In this document: positions 17,554 to 27,378 of the stretch, piece after piece | How the letters are laid out: each line of letters opens with the position of its first letter | How positions within the stretch are numbered: the first letter of the stretch is position 1 | NCBI GenBank assembly: GCA_025358945.1 | Contig: JANYHS010000217.1 | Span: 1 to 47,007 of the forward strand | Reading direction: 5' to 3' | DNA from: Acidobacteriota bacterium | GTDB taxonomy: Bacteria > Acidobacteriota > Vicinamibacteria > Vicinamibacterales > CAVVIG01 | Length of the DNA: 47,007 nucleotides | The notes under the pieces: generated by a model | Told to the model about the DNA's origin: nothing | The model's database searches: none | The model's input: the letters and a program-made list of their open reading frames with translations, nothing else | Made by a program: the position numbers and the translations under genes

Positions 17554-17816
17554 GCGCCGACGCGGCGGCGGGCACCGGTGTGCGCGCGGTCGTCGAAGTG
17601 CTGGCGAAGGCGCTCGCCGACTCGCCAGGCGAGGTGCGCGTCACCGAGACCCAGCACGAGAAGGTGACGCTGATCGAGTTGTTCGTGTCGCCGCGGGACT
17701 TCGCGAAAGTCCTCGGCCGATCCGGACGCACGGCGGCGGCGCTGCGGACGCTGGCGGCATCGGCAGGCGAACGCGACGGGAAACAGGTGACGCTCGAGAT
17801 TCGCGAGGGGCGTTGA
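17550..17816 (+). CDS. KH-domain RNA-binding protein (UPF0109/YlqC-like)
   Basis: GRSGRTAAALRTL (GxxG-type KH loop), conserved position between rpsP and rimM, and a GTGA overlap. Confidence 0.8.
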   Translation: MSADAAAGTGVRAVVEVLAKALADSPGEVRVTETQHEKVTLIELFVSPRDFAKVLGRSGRTAAALRTLAASAGERDGKQVTLEIREGR

Positions 17817-18343
17817 CCTGGGATGCAATGGCCGTCGTCGGGCGCATCGCGCGGGCCCACGGCCTCCGCGGCCAGGTGATCGTCAACCCGGAGACGGATT
17901 TTCCGGACGAGCGATTCCAGCCGGGTGCTGAACTGTTCATCGAGCGCGGCGGAACGATCGAAACGCTGAGGGTGACGACGGCGCGGTTTCATCGCCAACG
18001 GCCGGTCATCGGGATCGCCGGCATCGAGACGATGAACGCCGCGAACACGCTGGCGGGACAGGAACTGCGGGTGCCGGTCGACCGGCTGGCCGTGCTGCCG
18101 CCGGACACGTTTTACCGGCACGATCTGATCGGCTGCGCGGTCGAAACGCGCGACGGCCGCGCGATTGGCATCGTGCGCGATGTCGAGGGGACGCTGACTG
18201 GCAGCCGGCTGGTGGTGGACGGGGAGGGTGGCGAAGTGCTGATCCCGCTCGTCGCGCCGATTTGCACGGCGATCGACCCGGCGGCGAAACGGATCATCGT
18301 CGATCCGCCAGAGGGGTTGATCGAAGCGAACGCGCGGGGCTGA
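17813..18343 (+). CDS. rimM: 16S rRNA processing protein RimM
   Basis: VGRIARAHGLRGQVIV plus a PRC-barrel C-terminus. The ATG at 17828 is the more likely start than the TTG at 17813. Confidence 0.9.
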   Translation: MTWDAMAVVGRIARAHGLRGQVIVNPETDFPDERFQPGAELFIERGGTIETLRVTTARFHRQRPVIGIAGIETMNAANTLAGQELRVPVDRLAVLPPDTFYRHDLIGCAVETRDGRAIGIVRDVEGTLTGSRLVVDGEGGEVLIPLVAPICTAIDPAAKRIIVDPPEGLIEANARG

Positions 18344-19086
18344 TGACTTTTGACATCGTCACGATTTTCCCGGCGATGATTGAACACGCGCTGGCGCAGG
18401 GGATCATCGGGCGCGCGATCGAACGCGGGACGCTGGACGTGAAGGTGCACGACCTGCGCGATTTCACGACCGACCGACACCGCGTGGTCGACGATGTGCC
18501 GTATGGCGGTGGACCGGGGATGGTGCTGAAGCCTGACCCGATCTTCCGTGCGCTGGATGCGATTGCGGCGAAACGTGGCGCGCCGCTGGCGGTCATCATG
18601 ACGTCGCCGCAGGGGACGCGCTTCACGCAGGCGAAGGCCGGGCAGTTGAGTGGCCTGGAGCACGTCGTGCTGCTGTGCGGCCGGTACGAGGGTTTTGACG
18701 AGCGTGTGCGCGAACGGGTGACCGAGGAGCTGTCGATCGGCGACTACGTGCTGACCGGTGGAGAACTGCCGGCGCTGGTCGTGCTGGACGCGGTCGCGCG
18801 GTTCGTTCCGGGTGTGGTTGGAGACGAGCAATCGGTCGTGCAGGATTCGTTCAGCCGCGGGTTGCTGGACCATCCGCAGTACACACGACCGCCGGAGATC
18901 GACGCGTTGCGCGTGCCCGACGTGCTGATGTCGGGGAATCATGCGGAGATTCGGCGCTGGCGGAAACGCGAGGCGCTGAGCCGCACACTGGATCGGCGCC
19001 CGGATCTCTTGGACGCCGCGAGTTTGGACGACGAAGAAGTGCAGATGTTGCGGCAGCTTAAAGGAGCGAGACATGAGCGCGATTGA
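18343..19086 (+). CDS. trmD: tRNA (guanine37-N1)-methyltransferase
   Basis: Contains [35 protein letters not shown] and [11 protein letters not shown]. Confidence 0.95.
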   Translation: MTFDIVTIFPAMIEHALAQGIIGRAIERGTLDVKVHDLRDFTTDRHRVVDDVPYGGGPGMVLKPDPIFRALDAIAAKRGAPLAVIMTSPQGTRFTQAKAGQLSGLEHVVLLCGRYEGFDERVRERVTEELSIGDYVLTGGELPALVVLDAVARFVPGVVGDEQSVVQDSFSRGLLDHPQYTRPPEIDALRVPDVLMSGNHAEIRRWRKREALSRTLDRRPDLLDAASLDDEEVQMLRQLKGARHERD

Positions 19087-19417
19087 GATGATCGAGAAGT
19101 CGCAATTGGCCGACCGGCCGGTGATGAAGTCGGGCGACACGGTCAAGGTGCACGTCAAGGTGCGCGAAGGCGACAAAGAGCGCATCCAGGTGTTCGAAGG
19201 CGTGGTCATCGGCATGCATCGGGGCGGCACCCGTGCGTCGTTCACCGTGCGTAAGGTGTCGTTCGGCCAGGGCGTCGAGCGTATCTTTCCGCTGCATTCG
19301 CCGACGATCTCGAAGGTGGAGATCACGCGCTCGGCCAAGGTGCGGCGTGCGAAGCTGTATTACCTGCGCGAGCTCAAGGGCAAGGCGGCCAGGATGAAAG
19401 ACACCTCGAAATCTTAG
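19073..19417 (+). CDS. rplS: 50S ribosomal protein L19
   Basis: Contains [26 protein letters not shown] and RRAKLYYLR. Confidence 0.95.
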   Translation: MSAIEMIEKSQLADRPVMKSGDTVKVHVKVREGDKERIQVFEGVVIGMHRGGTRASFTVRKVSFGQGVERIFPLHSPTISKVEITRSAKVRRAKLYYLRELKGKAARMKDTSKS

Positions 19418-19491
19418 GATTTGAGGATCTGAGGAATTGGATCTCTGAATCTGAAATCTCAGAATCTGAAACCTGATATCTGAAATCTGAA
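19418..19491. repeat. AT-rich island of TCTGA/ATCTGAA tandem units between rplS and rnhB
   Basis: gatttgagGATCTGAggaattgGATCTCTGAATCTGAAATCTCAGAATCTGAAAcctgatATCTGAAATCTGAAg. It contrasts sharply in composition with the flanks. Confidence 0.8.
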
Positions 19492-20115
19492 GTGTCACGA
19501 GTCCCCGCGACGCGCACGCTCGAGAACGCGCTGCGCCGCGCCGGGTTCGTTCACGTCGCTGGCGTCGACGAAGTTGGGCGCGGCTGTCTGGCCGGCCCCG
19601 TTGTCGCCGCGGCGGTGGTGCTGCATCCCGACCGGCATATCCCTGGCGTCTGCGACTCCAAGACCGTGCCGGCGGCTGAACGCGACGAGCTATACGACCT
19701 GATCGTTCGCGACGCGGTGGCCTGGGCCGTCGGCGAGGCGGATCCGTCCGAAATCGACCTGATCAACATCCACCAGGCGTCGCTGCGTGCGATGCAACGG
19801 GCCGTGCTGCAGCTGGTCCCGCTGCCCGATATGGTCCTTGTGGACGCCTTTCACATCCCGGACCTGTCGATGCCCCAGCGAGGGGTGGTGCACGGCGACC
19901 GGCGCTGTTCGGCCATCGCGGCGGCGTCGATTGTCGCCAAAGTGACGCGCGATCGCCAGATGGTCGAGTTGCATGGCCACGACCCGCGCTACGGTTTCGA
20001 TCGCCACAAGGGCTACGCCACGGCCGAGCACCGCGACGCGGTCGCGAAGTTCGGCTACTCGGCCGTGCACCGCCGTTCGTTTCGGGTCTCCGCGCTGTTT
20101 GATACGATTGCCTGA
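19492..20115 (+). CDS. rnhB: Ribonuclease HII
   Basis: GTG start. Contains VAGVDEVGRGCLAGPVVAAAV, DSK and IAAASIVAKV. Confidence 0.9.
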   Translation: MSRVPATRTLENALRRAGFVHVAGVDEVGRGCLAGPVVAAAVVLHPDRHIPGVCDSKTVPAAERDELYDLIVRDAVAWAVGEADPSEIDLINIHQASLRAMQRAVLQLVPLPDMVLVDAFHIPDLSMPQRGVVHGDRRCSAIAAASIVAKVTRDRQMVELHGHDPRYGFDRHKGYATAEHRDAVAKFGYSAVHRRSFRVSALFDTIA

Positions 20116-20123
20116 CAGTTCCC

Positions 20124-22310
20124 GTGCCTATTGATCGCGCCGCCACGCTGCGCAACGCCGAGAAGCTGATCCGGCAGGGAAAACTGCCGGACGCCATCGC
20201 GGAGTACGTGCGCCTCGTCGAGGATCAGCCGGGTGACTGGAATCTGGCCAACTCGCTCGGCGACCTCTACGCGCGCGCGGGACAGGTCGACAAGGCGATC
20301 GCGCAGTACGGCCAGATTGCCGACAGCCTCAACGACGAAGGCTCGGGCGCGAAAGCCGCCGCCGTCTACAAGAAAATCCTCAAGCTCAAGCCGGATCACG
20401 AGCACACGCTCGTGCAGGTATCCGAGATCCTCGGCGGTCAGGGCCGCTATGCTGACGCGCGGTTCCACCTGCACACGCTGATTGAACTGCGTAAGTCTCG
20501 CGGCGACACGCGCGGGGCGTTGCAGGCGAAGATTCGGCTCGGCTCACTCGATCCGGAAGATTACGAAGGCCGGCTCACCGCCGCCAGTGCCCGCATCGAA
20601 CTGGGCGACAAGGGCGGCGCGCTCAGCGACCTCAAGGAGATTGCCGGCGAACTGGCCGACAAGGGACGCCAGCCTGAGGCGATCGAAGTGCTCCGCGAAG
20701 CGGCGAAGCTGCACCCCGACGATGACGAGATCCGGGAAAAGCTGCTGGACGTCTACTTTGCCGCCGGCGACTACGCACGGGCCCGGGAATGCGCCACCAC
20801 GGTGGAGCAGTTCCGCATGCTGGCGGCGGCCCTCGAGGCGGCCGGGAACACCGACGAGGCGCTGGACACGTTGCGTGAGGCGGCCGGCCTTCACCCCCTC
20901 GACACCGAGCTGTCCGCGCAACTGGCGCGCACGTTCATTGCCCGGGGCGATCTTGCGACCGCGGCCGCGTATCTGACTGCCGAAACCGCGGGCGACGACC
21001 CGGCACTGCTCCTCACGGTCGCCGACATCCAGCTTCGTGGCGACAAGTTCGAGGAAGGGCTCACGCTTGTCCGCCGCCTGCTCACGGCCGATCCGTCGCG
21101 CCGCGAGCAGATCGCGATGCTCGGCTGGAACGTTGCCGAGAAGGCCCCTGAGGCGGGCTTCCTCGTCGTCGAACTCGCGGCCGACGCGGCCGTCGCCGAC
21201 GTGGACTGGGCGGGCGCCGCAGCCGTCCTGCAGGAATTTGTCACCCGCGTGCCCAATCACATCCCGGCGCTGATGCGACTGGTCGAAATCTGCGTGGACG
21301 GCGGTCTTGAGTCGACGATGTACAGCGCGCAGGCGCAGCTCGCGGACGCCTACATCGAAGCCGGCGCGGCCACCGAGGCGCGGTTCATCGCCGAAGACCT
21401 GGTGGCCCGCGAGCCGTGGGAAAAATCCAACATCGAGCGCTTTCGCCGCACGCTGGTCCTGCTCGGTGAACCCGACCCGGACGGCCTGATCGCGTCACGG
21501 CTGAGTGGCGAATCACCATTCACCAGCACCGACATGTCGGGCGGCGGATCGCTGTTCGACGAGCTGCCGCCCGAAGAGATTCCGGAACCCGATCCCGCGG
21601 TCATCGAAGAACTGCTCGCCGCGGCGGCGATCGCGGACGAACCGGTAAGGAAGGCGCCGTTGAAGCCGATTCCGCGACGCGTCAGCGAGGATCATCACTT
21701 TGCGATGAGTGCCAACGCCATCGATCTCGACAGCATTCTCGGCGACTTCGACTTGCAGGCGCCCGCCATGCCCGTCGCGCCTGTCAGGTCCGCCGACGCG
21801 GAAGAGGACCTCAGCGTTGTGCTCGACGACATCAGACCGTCGGGCGCCGCGGCGCGTCCTGCGTCGGCGGACACCGATCTGGATGGCGTCTTCGGCAACA
21901 TGCGCGAACAGGCTTCCAAACGCTCAGGGCTGGACGATGCGGAGAAAGAGTACAAACGCGGGCTCGCGCTGCGCGCGGCCGGCGACATCGACGGCTGCAT
22001 CCAGGCGTTGGAAAAAGCGTCGCGTGCGCCCAAGCTCCGGTTCGGCACGTCGCGGCTGATCGCCCGCCTGTATCGCGATCGCGACATGCTGCCGCAGTCG
22101 CTTCAGTGGCTCGAACGCGCGACGCAGGCGACGGCGCCGACCAGTGACGAATCGCATCAGCTGCTCTACGAATTGGCTGAGACGCTCGAGAAAGTCGGCG
22201 AGGGCGCGCGCGCACTGGCGGTGTGCATGGAGTTGCAGTCCGAGGCCGGGACCTACCGTGACGTCGGGGAGCGCATCGACCGGCTCACCAAAGTGCAAGC
22301 GGGGAGCTGA
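20124..22310 (+). CDS. Large tetratricopeptide-repeat protein (728 aa)
   Basis: Repeated 34-aa TPR-like units throughout (e.g. LANSLGDLYARAGQVDKAIAQY) and an acidic low-complexity linker around residues 470-560. Confidence 0.7.
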   Translation: MPIDRAATLRNAEKLIRQGKLPDAIAEYVRLVEDQPGDWNLANSLGDLYARAGQVDKAIAQYGQIADSLNDEGSGAKAAAVYKKILKLKPDHEHTLVQVSEILGGQGRYADARFHLHTLIELRKSRGDTRGALQAKIRLGSLDPEDYEGRLTAASARIELGDKGGALSDLKEIAGELADKGRQPEAIEVLREAAKLHPDDDEIREKLLDVYFAAGDYARARECATTVEQFRMLAAALEAAGNTDEALDTLREAAGLHPLDTELSAQLARTFIARGDLATAAAYLTAETAGDDPALLLTVADIQLRGDKFEEGLTLVRRLLTADPSRREQIAMLGWNVAEKAPEAGFLVVELAADAAVADVDWAGAAAVLQEFVTRVPNHIPALMRLVEICVDGGLESTMYSAQAQLADAYIEAGAATEARFIAEDLVAREPWEKSNIERFRRTLVLLGEPDPDGLIASRLSGESPFTSTDMSGGGSLFDELPPEEIPEPDPAVIEELLAAAAIADEPVRKAPLKPIPRRVSEDHHFAMSANAIDLDSILGDFDLQAPAMPVAPVRSADAEEDLSVVLDDIRPSGAAARPASADTDLDGVFGNMREQASKRSGLDDAEKEYKRGLALRAAGDIDGCIQALEKASRAPKLRFGTSRLIARLYRDRDMLPQSLQWLERATQATAPTSDESHQLLYELAETLEKVGEGARALAVCMELQSEAGTYRDVGERIDRLTKVQAGS

Positions 22311-22345
22311 CCCTGGTCCGCCGGTTTCTCTACGTCGTCTTCTTC

Positions 22346-22612
22346 GTGCAGGTCGGTCTGCTGCTCATCGTCATGCCGTGGTGGCCCGCGTTCTGGGAAC
22401 ACAACTACTTCGCGCTGACGTGGCCGTCGCTGCGCGCGTTCCTCATGAATAATTTCGTGCGCGGCGCGGTCAGCGGGCTCGGCGTCGTCAACCTGTTCGC
22501 CGGGTTCATCGATCTCGCGTCCGGGTTCGCCGGGCAGCCGCAGAACGCGCCGGCCGGGCCGGAGCGTGTTGATGCGCGTCATCCCGACGTCGTGCCGCAC
22601 GACCGATCGTGA
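22346..22612 (+). CDS. Small membrane protein, hypothetical
   Basis: Hydrophobic segments VGLLLIVMPWWPAFW and GLGVVNLFAGFIDLASGF. The frame stays open upstream to about 22313, so the start is uncertain. Confidence 0.4.
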   Translation: MQVGLLLIVMPWWPAFWEHNYFALTWPSLRAFLMNNFVRGAVSGLGVVNLFAGFIDLASGFAGQPQNAPAGPERVDARHPDVVPHDRS

Positions 22613-23289
22613 TGATCTGTCTCGTCACCGATAGCCGGAGGCTCACCGCGGCCGGCGCGTCATTGGACGCGAGGCGGGCCTGCCTGGCCGCGCAGACGCG
22701 ATGTGCGGTGGACGCCGGAGTGGATCTGATTCAGCTGCGCGAGCGCGACCTGGGCGCCGCCGACCTCGCCGTCCTCGCCGCCGATCTTCGCGCGGCCACC
22801 CGCACGACGTCGACGCGATGTGTCGTCAACGATCGGCTGGATGTGGCACTCGCCGTCGGCGCGGATGGCGTGCATCTGCGCGGCGATTCCATTCCGATCG
22901 AGAAAGTACGCCAGATTACCCCTCCGGGATTCCTGATCGGAAGGTCCGTGCACAGCGTCGACGAGGCGACCGCGGCTGCCGGCGCCGATTATCTGGTCGC
23001 CGGGACCATGTTTTCGTCCGCGTCAAAGCCCGGGCAGACGCAGTGGCTCGGCATCGAGGGGTTGCGGGCGATTGTCGCGGCGGTGACGATCCCGGTGCTG
23101 GCCATCGGGGGGATTGCCGGCGAGCGCGTCGGCGATGTGGCGCAGACCGGCGCGGGCGGGTTTGCCGCCATCGACTTGTTCATGGCTGCACACGGTGGCG
23201 TAGAACTCGCCGGATGCCGCGTGGTTGAATTGCGCCAGACTGTGAAGAATGCGCGTTCACGGTTTGACAGGCTGAAGGCCACTCCCTAA
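22609..23289 (+). CDS. thiE: Thiamine-phosphate synthase
   Basis: Contains DLIQLRERD, VNDRLDVALAVGADGVHLRGD, ADYLVAGTMF and PVLAIGGI. Confidence 0.8.
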   Translation: MMICLVTDSRRLTAAGASLDARRACLAAQTRCAVDAGVDLIQLRERDLGAADLAVLAADLRAATRTTSTRCVVNDRLDVALAVGADGVHLRGDSIPIEKVRQITPPGFLIGRSVHSVDEATAAAGADYLVAGTMFSSASKPGQTQWLGIEGLRAIVAAVTIPVLAIGGIAGERVGDVAQTGAGGFAAIDLFMAAHGGVELAGCRVVELRQTVKNARSRFDRLKATP

Positions 23290-23311
23290 CATAAGCCGGT
23301 TAGCGCGTTTC

Positions 23312-24187
23312 ATGCCCCCAGAACGCTCGTCCAGTGGTTTCGGCGCCAAACTTCGCGACGCACGTGAGCGCCGCGGCGTCACCCTGCGCCAGATCGCGAA
23401 CGCCACGAAGATTTCCGTCGGCGTGCTCGAGGCGCTCGAACGCAACGATATCTCGAAACTTCCCGGCGGCATCTTCGGCCGCGCGTTTGTCCGCTCGTAC
23501 GCGATCGAAGTCGGCCTCGACCCCGAAGCGACGATTCTGGATTTCATCGCGCATTTCCCGAGCGACTCGGTCACGATCGGACATCCGACTTCGGTTCAGG
23601 GCGAAGACAACGTCGCGGTCGAGAGCGATCGCCAAACCGCGGGGACCTTTGTCTGGCTGATCGCGATCGCCGTGCCGCTTGCCGCCGGCCTGCTGTACTT
23701 CACGACGATCGGCCGAAGCGCACAGACGGCGGCAGAGTCACCTGCAGCCGTTACCGCCCCGGCGACGCGACCCGTCTCGGCGGAGCCGCCGGCGGTCGTT
23801 GTTCCCGAGGCCGCCTCACCGTCCACAGGGCCTGCCACAGGGACCACGCCTCCCTTAGCCGCGCCGGCGCCGCCGCCGGTGCCGGCTGGCGCGCGCCCGT
23901 CCGCCCCGACTCCCGTCGGCGATCAGCTGACTGTCTCGCTGACCGCGAAGCGTCCCTGTTGGGTCTCGGCCACCGTGGACGGTCAGAAAGCGATCGAGCG
24001 TCTCCTGCAGACAGGGGAGCAGCAGACCGTCACCGTGCGTCGCGACATGGTGCTGACGGCCGGCGACGCATCGGCGATTGCCCTGCAGTTCAACGGCGCG
24101 GACGCCCGCCCGCTCGGTAAGGCGGGCGAGGTCGTGACGGCCCGCTTCAATCTCACCAACTACAAAGACTTCCTGCAGGCCCGGTAA
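23312..24187 (+). CDS. rodZ: RodZ-like cytoskeleton protein (HTH plus TM plus DUF4115)
   Basis: FGAKLRDARERRGVTLRQIANATKISVGVLEALE HTH, a TM helix, a Pro/Ala linker and a C-terminal CWVSATVDGQ...LTAGDASAI block. Confidence 0.75.
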   Translation: MPPERSSSGFGAKLRDARERRGVTLRQIANATKISVGVLEALERNDISKLPGGIFGRAFVRSYAIEVGLDPEATILDFIAHFPSDSVTIGHPTSVQGEDNVAVESDRQTAGTFVWLIAIAVPLAAGLLYFTTIGRSAQTAAESPAAVTAPATRPVSAEPPAVVVPEAASPSTGPATGTTPPLAAPAPPPVPAGARPSAPTPVGDQLTVSLTAKRPCWVSATVDGQKAIERLLQTGEQQTVTVRRDMVLTAGDASAIALQFNGADARPLGKAGEVVTARFNLTNYKDFLQAR

Positions 24188-24960
24188 TGGGCTCGACGCC
24201 GCTGTTCGACCTTTTCAAACAAGGTGATGTCGATCGTGACGTGCGCCTGGAGGCGGCGCAGGGCACGTTCGCGCCGCGCGCGCACGAGCAGCTCGCGATC
24301 CTCGTGTTCCTGCTCGAAGATCCCGACCGCGAAATCCGCGAGACTGCCGACCAGACGCTGAACAAGATTCCGGTGGAGGCGCTCGAGAAATTTCTCGCGC
24401 GCTCCGACGTGCCGGTCGATCTGCGCGAGTTCTTCGGCGATCGCGGCATCTTTCCCGCCGAGATTCCTCCGATCGAGGTGGACTTCGACGACCCGCTGAT
24501 CGACGCGGCCGCCGAGGAGGGCGAGGATGAGGACGGGGATCGCGTGTCGGGGACGCAGGCGCTCGCGTTGATGAACTTTCCTCAACGCATCAGGGCGGCG
24601 ATGAAAGGGACGCGCGAGCAGCGCGCGATCCTGATCCGCGACCCGAACAAGATGATCTGCGCGTCCGTCTTGAGCAGCCCGAAAGTCAGCGTTCCCGAAA
24701 TCGAAAGCTTCGCGCGCATGCAGAACGTCTCGGAAGACGTGCTGCGGATTATCGGCAAGAACCGCGCCTGGCTGAAAAGCTACGGCGTGATTCTCGCACT
24801 GACGAAGAATCCAAAAACGCCGCTGTCGCTCTCCATGCAGCTCATGACGCGTCTGACCACGAAGGATCTCGCCAAGCTGTCGGTCGACCGCAACGTGCCG
24901 GAAGCGCTGCGCATCTCTTCGCGCAAGAAGGCCGTGTCGAATCAGTCGGGGAAAGAGTGA
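24187..24960 (+). CDS. Hypothetical helical-repeat protein
   Basis: 257-aa ORF whose ATG overlaps the rodZ stop. Repeated helical units and an acidic insert (EEGEDEDGD). No family recognised. Confidence 0.5.
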   Translation: MGSTPLFDLFKQGDVDRDVRLEAAQGTFAPRAHEQLAILVFLLEDPDREIRETADQTLNKIPVEALEKFLARSDVPVDLREFFGDRGIFPAEIPPIEVDFDDPLIDAAAEEGEDEDGDRVSGTQALALMNFPQRIRAAMKGTREQRAILIRDPNKMICASVLSSPKVSVPEIESFARMQNVSEDVLRIIGKNRAWLKSYGVILALTKNPKTPLSLSMQLMTRLTTKDLAKLSVDRNVPEALRISSRKKAVSNQSGKE

Positions 24961-24970
24961 GGCCGGGCGT

Positions 24971-25342
24971 TCAGCCTGCTATCCGCAGGATCACCTCGTT
25001 CGAGGCAGCGCTCGCCCCGCACGCATTCACCGCCCGCACACGGACGTAATACGCGCCGGGTGGCGCGCTGCTCGAAAACGTCCGCGCGGATGGCGCCAGC
25101 ACCACGACCGCCGCATCTGATCCGCCGGGCGAGGCGCCGGCTTCGAGGACGATGCTCGTCATGGCGCTCCAAGCCGCCCAGCTGAATGAGGCGACACTGC
25201 CCCTCAGAGTTGCAGTCAATCCCGCGGGCGTCGAAGGGGGAGCCGTGCATGGCGCCGCGCCAATCGCAATCACGACTTGCGCGTCAGCAACCGAGCCGTC
25301 CAAGCTGAGTAGGATCCCGATCGCCAGAATAAGCGGGCGCAT
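24971..25342 (-). CDS. Small secreted fibronectin type III-like protein
   Basis: Signal peptide MRPLILAIGILLSLDGSVADA, then PAGLTATLRGSVASFSW...YYVRVRAVNACGAS, typical of FN3 modules. Confidence 0.6.
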   Translation of the reverse strand: MRPLILAIGILLSLDGSVADAQVVIAIGAAPCTAPPSTPAGLTATLRGSVASFSWAAWSAMTSIVLEAGASPGGSDAAVVVLAPSARTFSSSAPPGAYYVRVRAVNACGASAASNEVILRIAG

Positions 25343-25399
25343 CGAGATACGCGTCTCCAACACCCGTGCCAAGGCGGGCGTTGGTGTTTCTGTGCGGTT

Positions 25400-25654
25400 C
25401 TACCGTTGACCCTGTGGCTTCCTTTTCGGTTTTAGCTTCTGACTTCCAACTTTGTTTTTGCCCCACTCCGCTCGCATCTGCGCCATGCCTTCCATGTAGA
25501 CGGTGGCGCGCTCGCGCTCATCCTCGCTGTTCATCGATTTCAGCAGGTCCAGCGCCTTCGCCAGGTCCTCCTGAATCGTGGACCGCGTCGTCTCGAAGTA
25601 GAGGCGGCGGATTTCGGTCTGCTTGTCGTCGGAACTGAGCATCGGAAGTTTCAT
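25400..25654 (-). CDS. Small helical protein with a Lys-rich tail (84 aa), coupled to the polX stop
   Basis: The ATG overlaps the polX TGA (ATGA at 25651-25654). Sequence MKLPMLSSDDKQTEIRRLYFE...KLKPKRKPQGQR. No family recognised. Confidence 0.45.
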   Translation of the reverse strand: MKLPMLSSDDKQTEIRRLYFETTRSTIQEDLAKALDLLKSMNSEDERERATVYMEGMAQMRAEWGKNKVGSQKLKPKRKPQGQR

Positions 25655-27378
25655 GAGTGCGGTCTCCGGTGCCGTCGCAAGGACGCACGGAAGTCGTTGA
25701 ATGATTGCGTGTTGAGGACGTCGCCGGCCTGGAGCCACGCGCGTCGCGCGACCGTCACGCCCCATCGCAGGTAGGCCAGCGCATGGCGTGAGTGCGAGTC
25801 GCTCGAGATCACGATGCGCGCGCCCCGTTCGTGCGCCAGTTTCGCGTGGACGTCGATCAGATCAAGGCGATGCGGCTGGCTGTTGATCTCGACGGCGACG
25901 CCGGTTCGAACCGCGGCGTCGATGATCGCCTCGATGTCGATCGGGTAGGCCTGCCGCTTGAGCAGCATGCGACCGGTCGGGTGACCGAGGATGTCGACGT
26001 GCGGGTTGTCGATCGCGCGCAACACCCGCGCGGTCATCTCCTCACGTTCCTGTGTGAATCCCGAATGCACCGACGCGATGACGATGTCGAGTGCGGCGAG
26101 GCAGTCGTCCGACAGATCCATGGCGCCGTCGAGTCTGATGTCGCACTCGATGCCGGCCAGCAGGCGGATGCCGATGCCCTCCGCATCCACCGCGCGAATG
26201 CGGGCGGCGTGCGCCATCGCGCGCCGTTCGTCGAGTCCGTTGGCCATCGCCAGCGACTGACTGTGATCGGTGATGGCGATGTATTGCAGACCCGCGTCAC
26301 GCGCCGCCTCCGCCATCGTCCGGATCTCGTCCTTGCCGTCCGTCTCGGTGGTGTGCATGTGGAGATCGCCGCGCAGATCGGCGAGCTCGATCAGTCGGGG
26401 GATCGCATGCGTGTGGGCGGCGTCGATCTCGCCGCGCATCTCGCGCAGTTCGGGCGGCACGAAATCGAGGCCGAGAGCCGCGTAGATGTCCTCTTCGCGT
26501 TCGCTGGCCATGCGGCTGTCGTCGGCGGTACGGAACAGGCCGTACTCGTTCAACTTCAACCCGAGGCCGATCGCCCGGTCGCGGAGTGCGATGTTGTGCG
26601 CCTTCGAGCCGGTGAAGTACTGCATCGCGGCGCCGCGGCTCTCCGGTGCGACGAGACGCAGATCCGCCTGGAAGCCACCCTGGATGAGGATGCTGGATTT
26701 CGTGTCGCCGTGGCCCAGGACGCGCTCGACCAGGTCGTACTCCACGAAGGCGTCCATCAGCGACGGGGGAGCGCCCGTGGCCAGCAGATCCAGGTCGCCG
26801 CACGTATCGCATCCGCGGCGGAGGCTGCCGACGGCTTCGATCACCGCGTCCGGTGCATGCTGACGCAGGTAGGTCTGGAGCGCCGCAGACGCGTCGTGCG
26901 CCTTGGACAACAGGTGGCGGCCGGCAAACCGCTTGCGCTCGTCGAGCGCCTTCACGATCAACGCCTCCTTCTTGATCCCCATGCCTTTCAGCCCGCGGAT
27001 CCGCCCGTCACGGCACGCCTTCTCGAGATCCTCGAGCGTGCGGATGTCGAGCTCCTTGTAGAGCGTGGCGACGGTCTTCGGACCGATGCCCTGTAGCCGA
27101 AGGATGTCGAGGATCGTCGCCGGGAACTCCGCCAGCAGATCGCGATGAAATGCCGTATCACCGGTGGTCGCGATCTCGCGGATGCGCGCGGCGAGATCCT
27201 TGCCGATGCCAGGGATTTCGCGCAGTCCGGTTTCATCGATGAGCGCAAACTCGTGCGGGTGGTTTGCGGTGATGTCGGCGCCGTTGCGGTAGGCGCGGAT
27301 CTTGAACGGGTTGTCGCCCTTGATTTCCAGCAGGTCCGCGGTCTCCCGCAGGATGCGCGCGATGGCGAGATTATCCAA
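25651..27378 (-). CDS. polX: DNA polymerase X with C-terminal PHP domain
   Basis: LDNLAIARILRETADLLEIKGDNPFKIRAYRN, HhH GIGPKT, palm GSLRRGCDTCGDLDLL and QADLRLV, and PHP GDLHMHT/ITDHS/GIECDI/SDSH. A TTG start at 27378 is inferred because family homology begins there. It overlaps the upstream stop by 8 nt. Confidence 0.85.
   Translation of the reverse strand: MDNLAIARILRETADLLEIKGDNPFKIRAYRNGADITANHPHEFALIDETGLREIPGIGKDLAARIREIATTGDTAFHRDLLAEFPATILDILRLQGIGPKTVATLYKELDIRTLEDLEKACRDGRIRGLKGMGIKKEALIVKALDERKRFAGRHLLSKAHDASAALQTYLRQHAPDAVIEAVGSLRRGCDTCGDLDLLATGAPPSLMDAFVEYDLVERVLGHGDTKSSILIQGGFQADLRLVAPESRGAAMQYFTGSKAHNIALRDRAIGLGLKLNEYGLFRTADDSRMASEREEDIYAALGLDFVPPELREMRGEIDAAHTHAIPRLIELADLRGDLHMHTTETDGKDEIRTMAEAARDAGLQYIAITDHSQSLAMANGLDERRAMAHAARIRAVDAEGIGIRLLAGIECDIRLDGAMDLSDDCLAALDIVIASVHSGFTQEREEMTARVLRAIDNPHVDILGHPTGRMLLKRQAYPIDIEAIIDAAVRTGVAVEINSQPHRLDLIDVHAKLAHERGARIVISSDSHSRHALAYLRWGVTVARRAWLQAGDVLNTQSFNDFRASLRRHRRPHS

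Noticed and set aside
25792-27096. 434-aa ORF antisense to polX, and likewise 40129-41544 antisense to the PolX-like gene
   Set aside because: Both are Arg/Asp/Gly/His-rich and lack motifs, while the opposite strands encode complete PolX/PHP domain sets.
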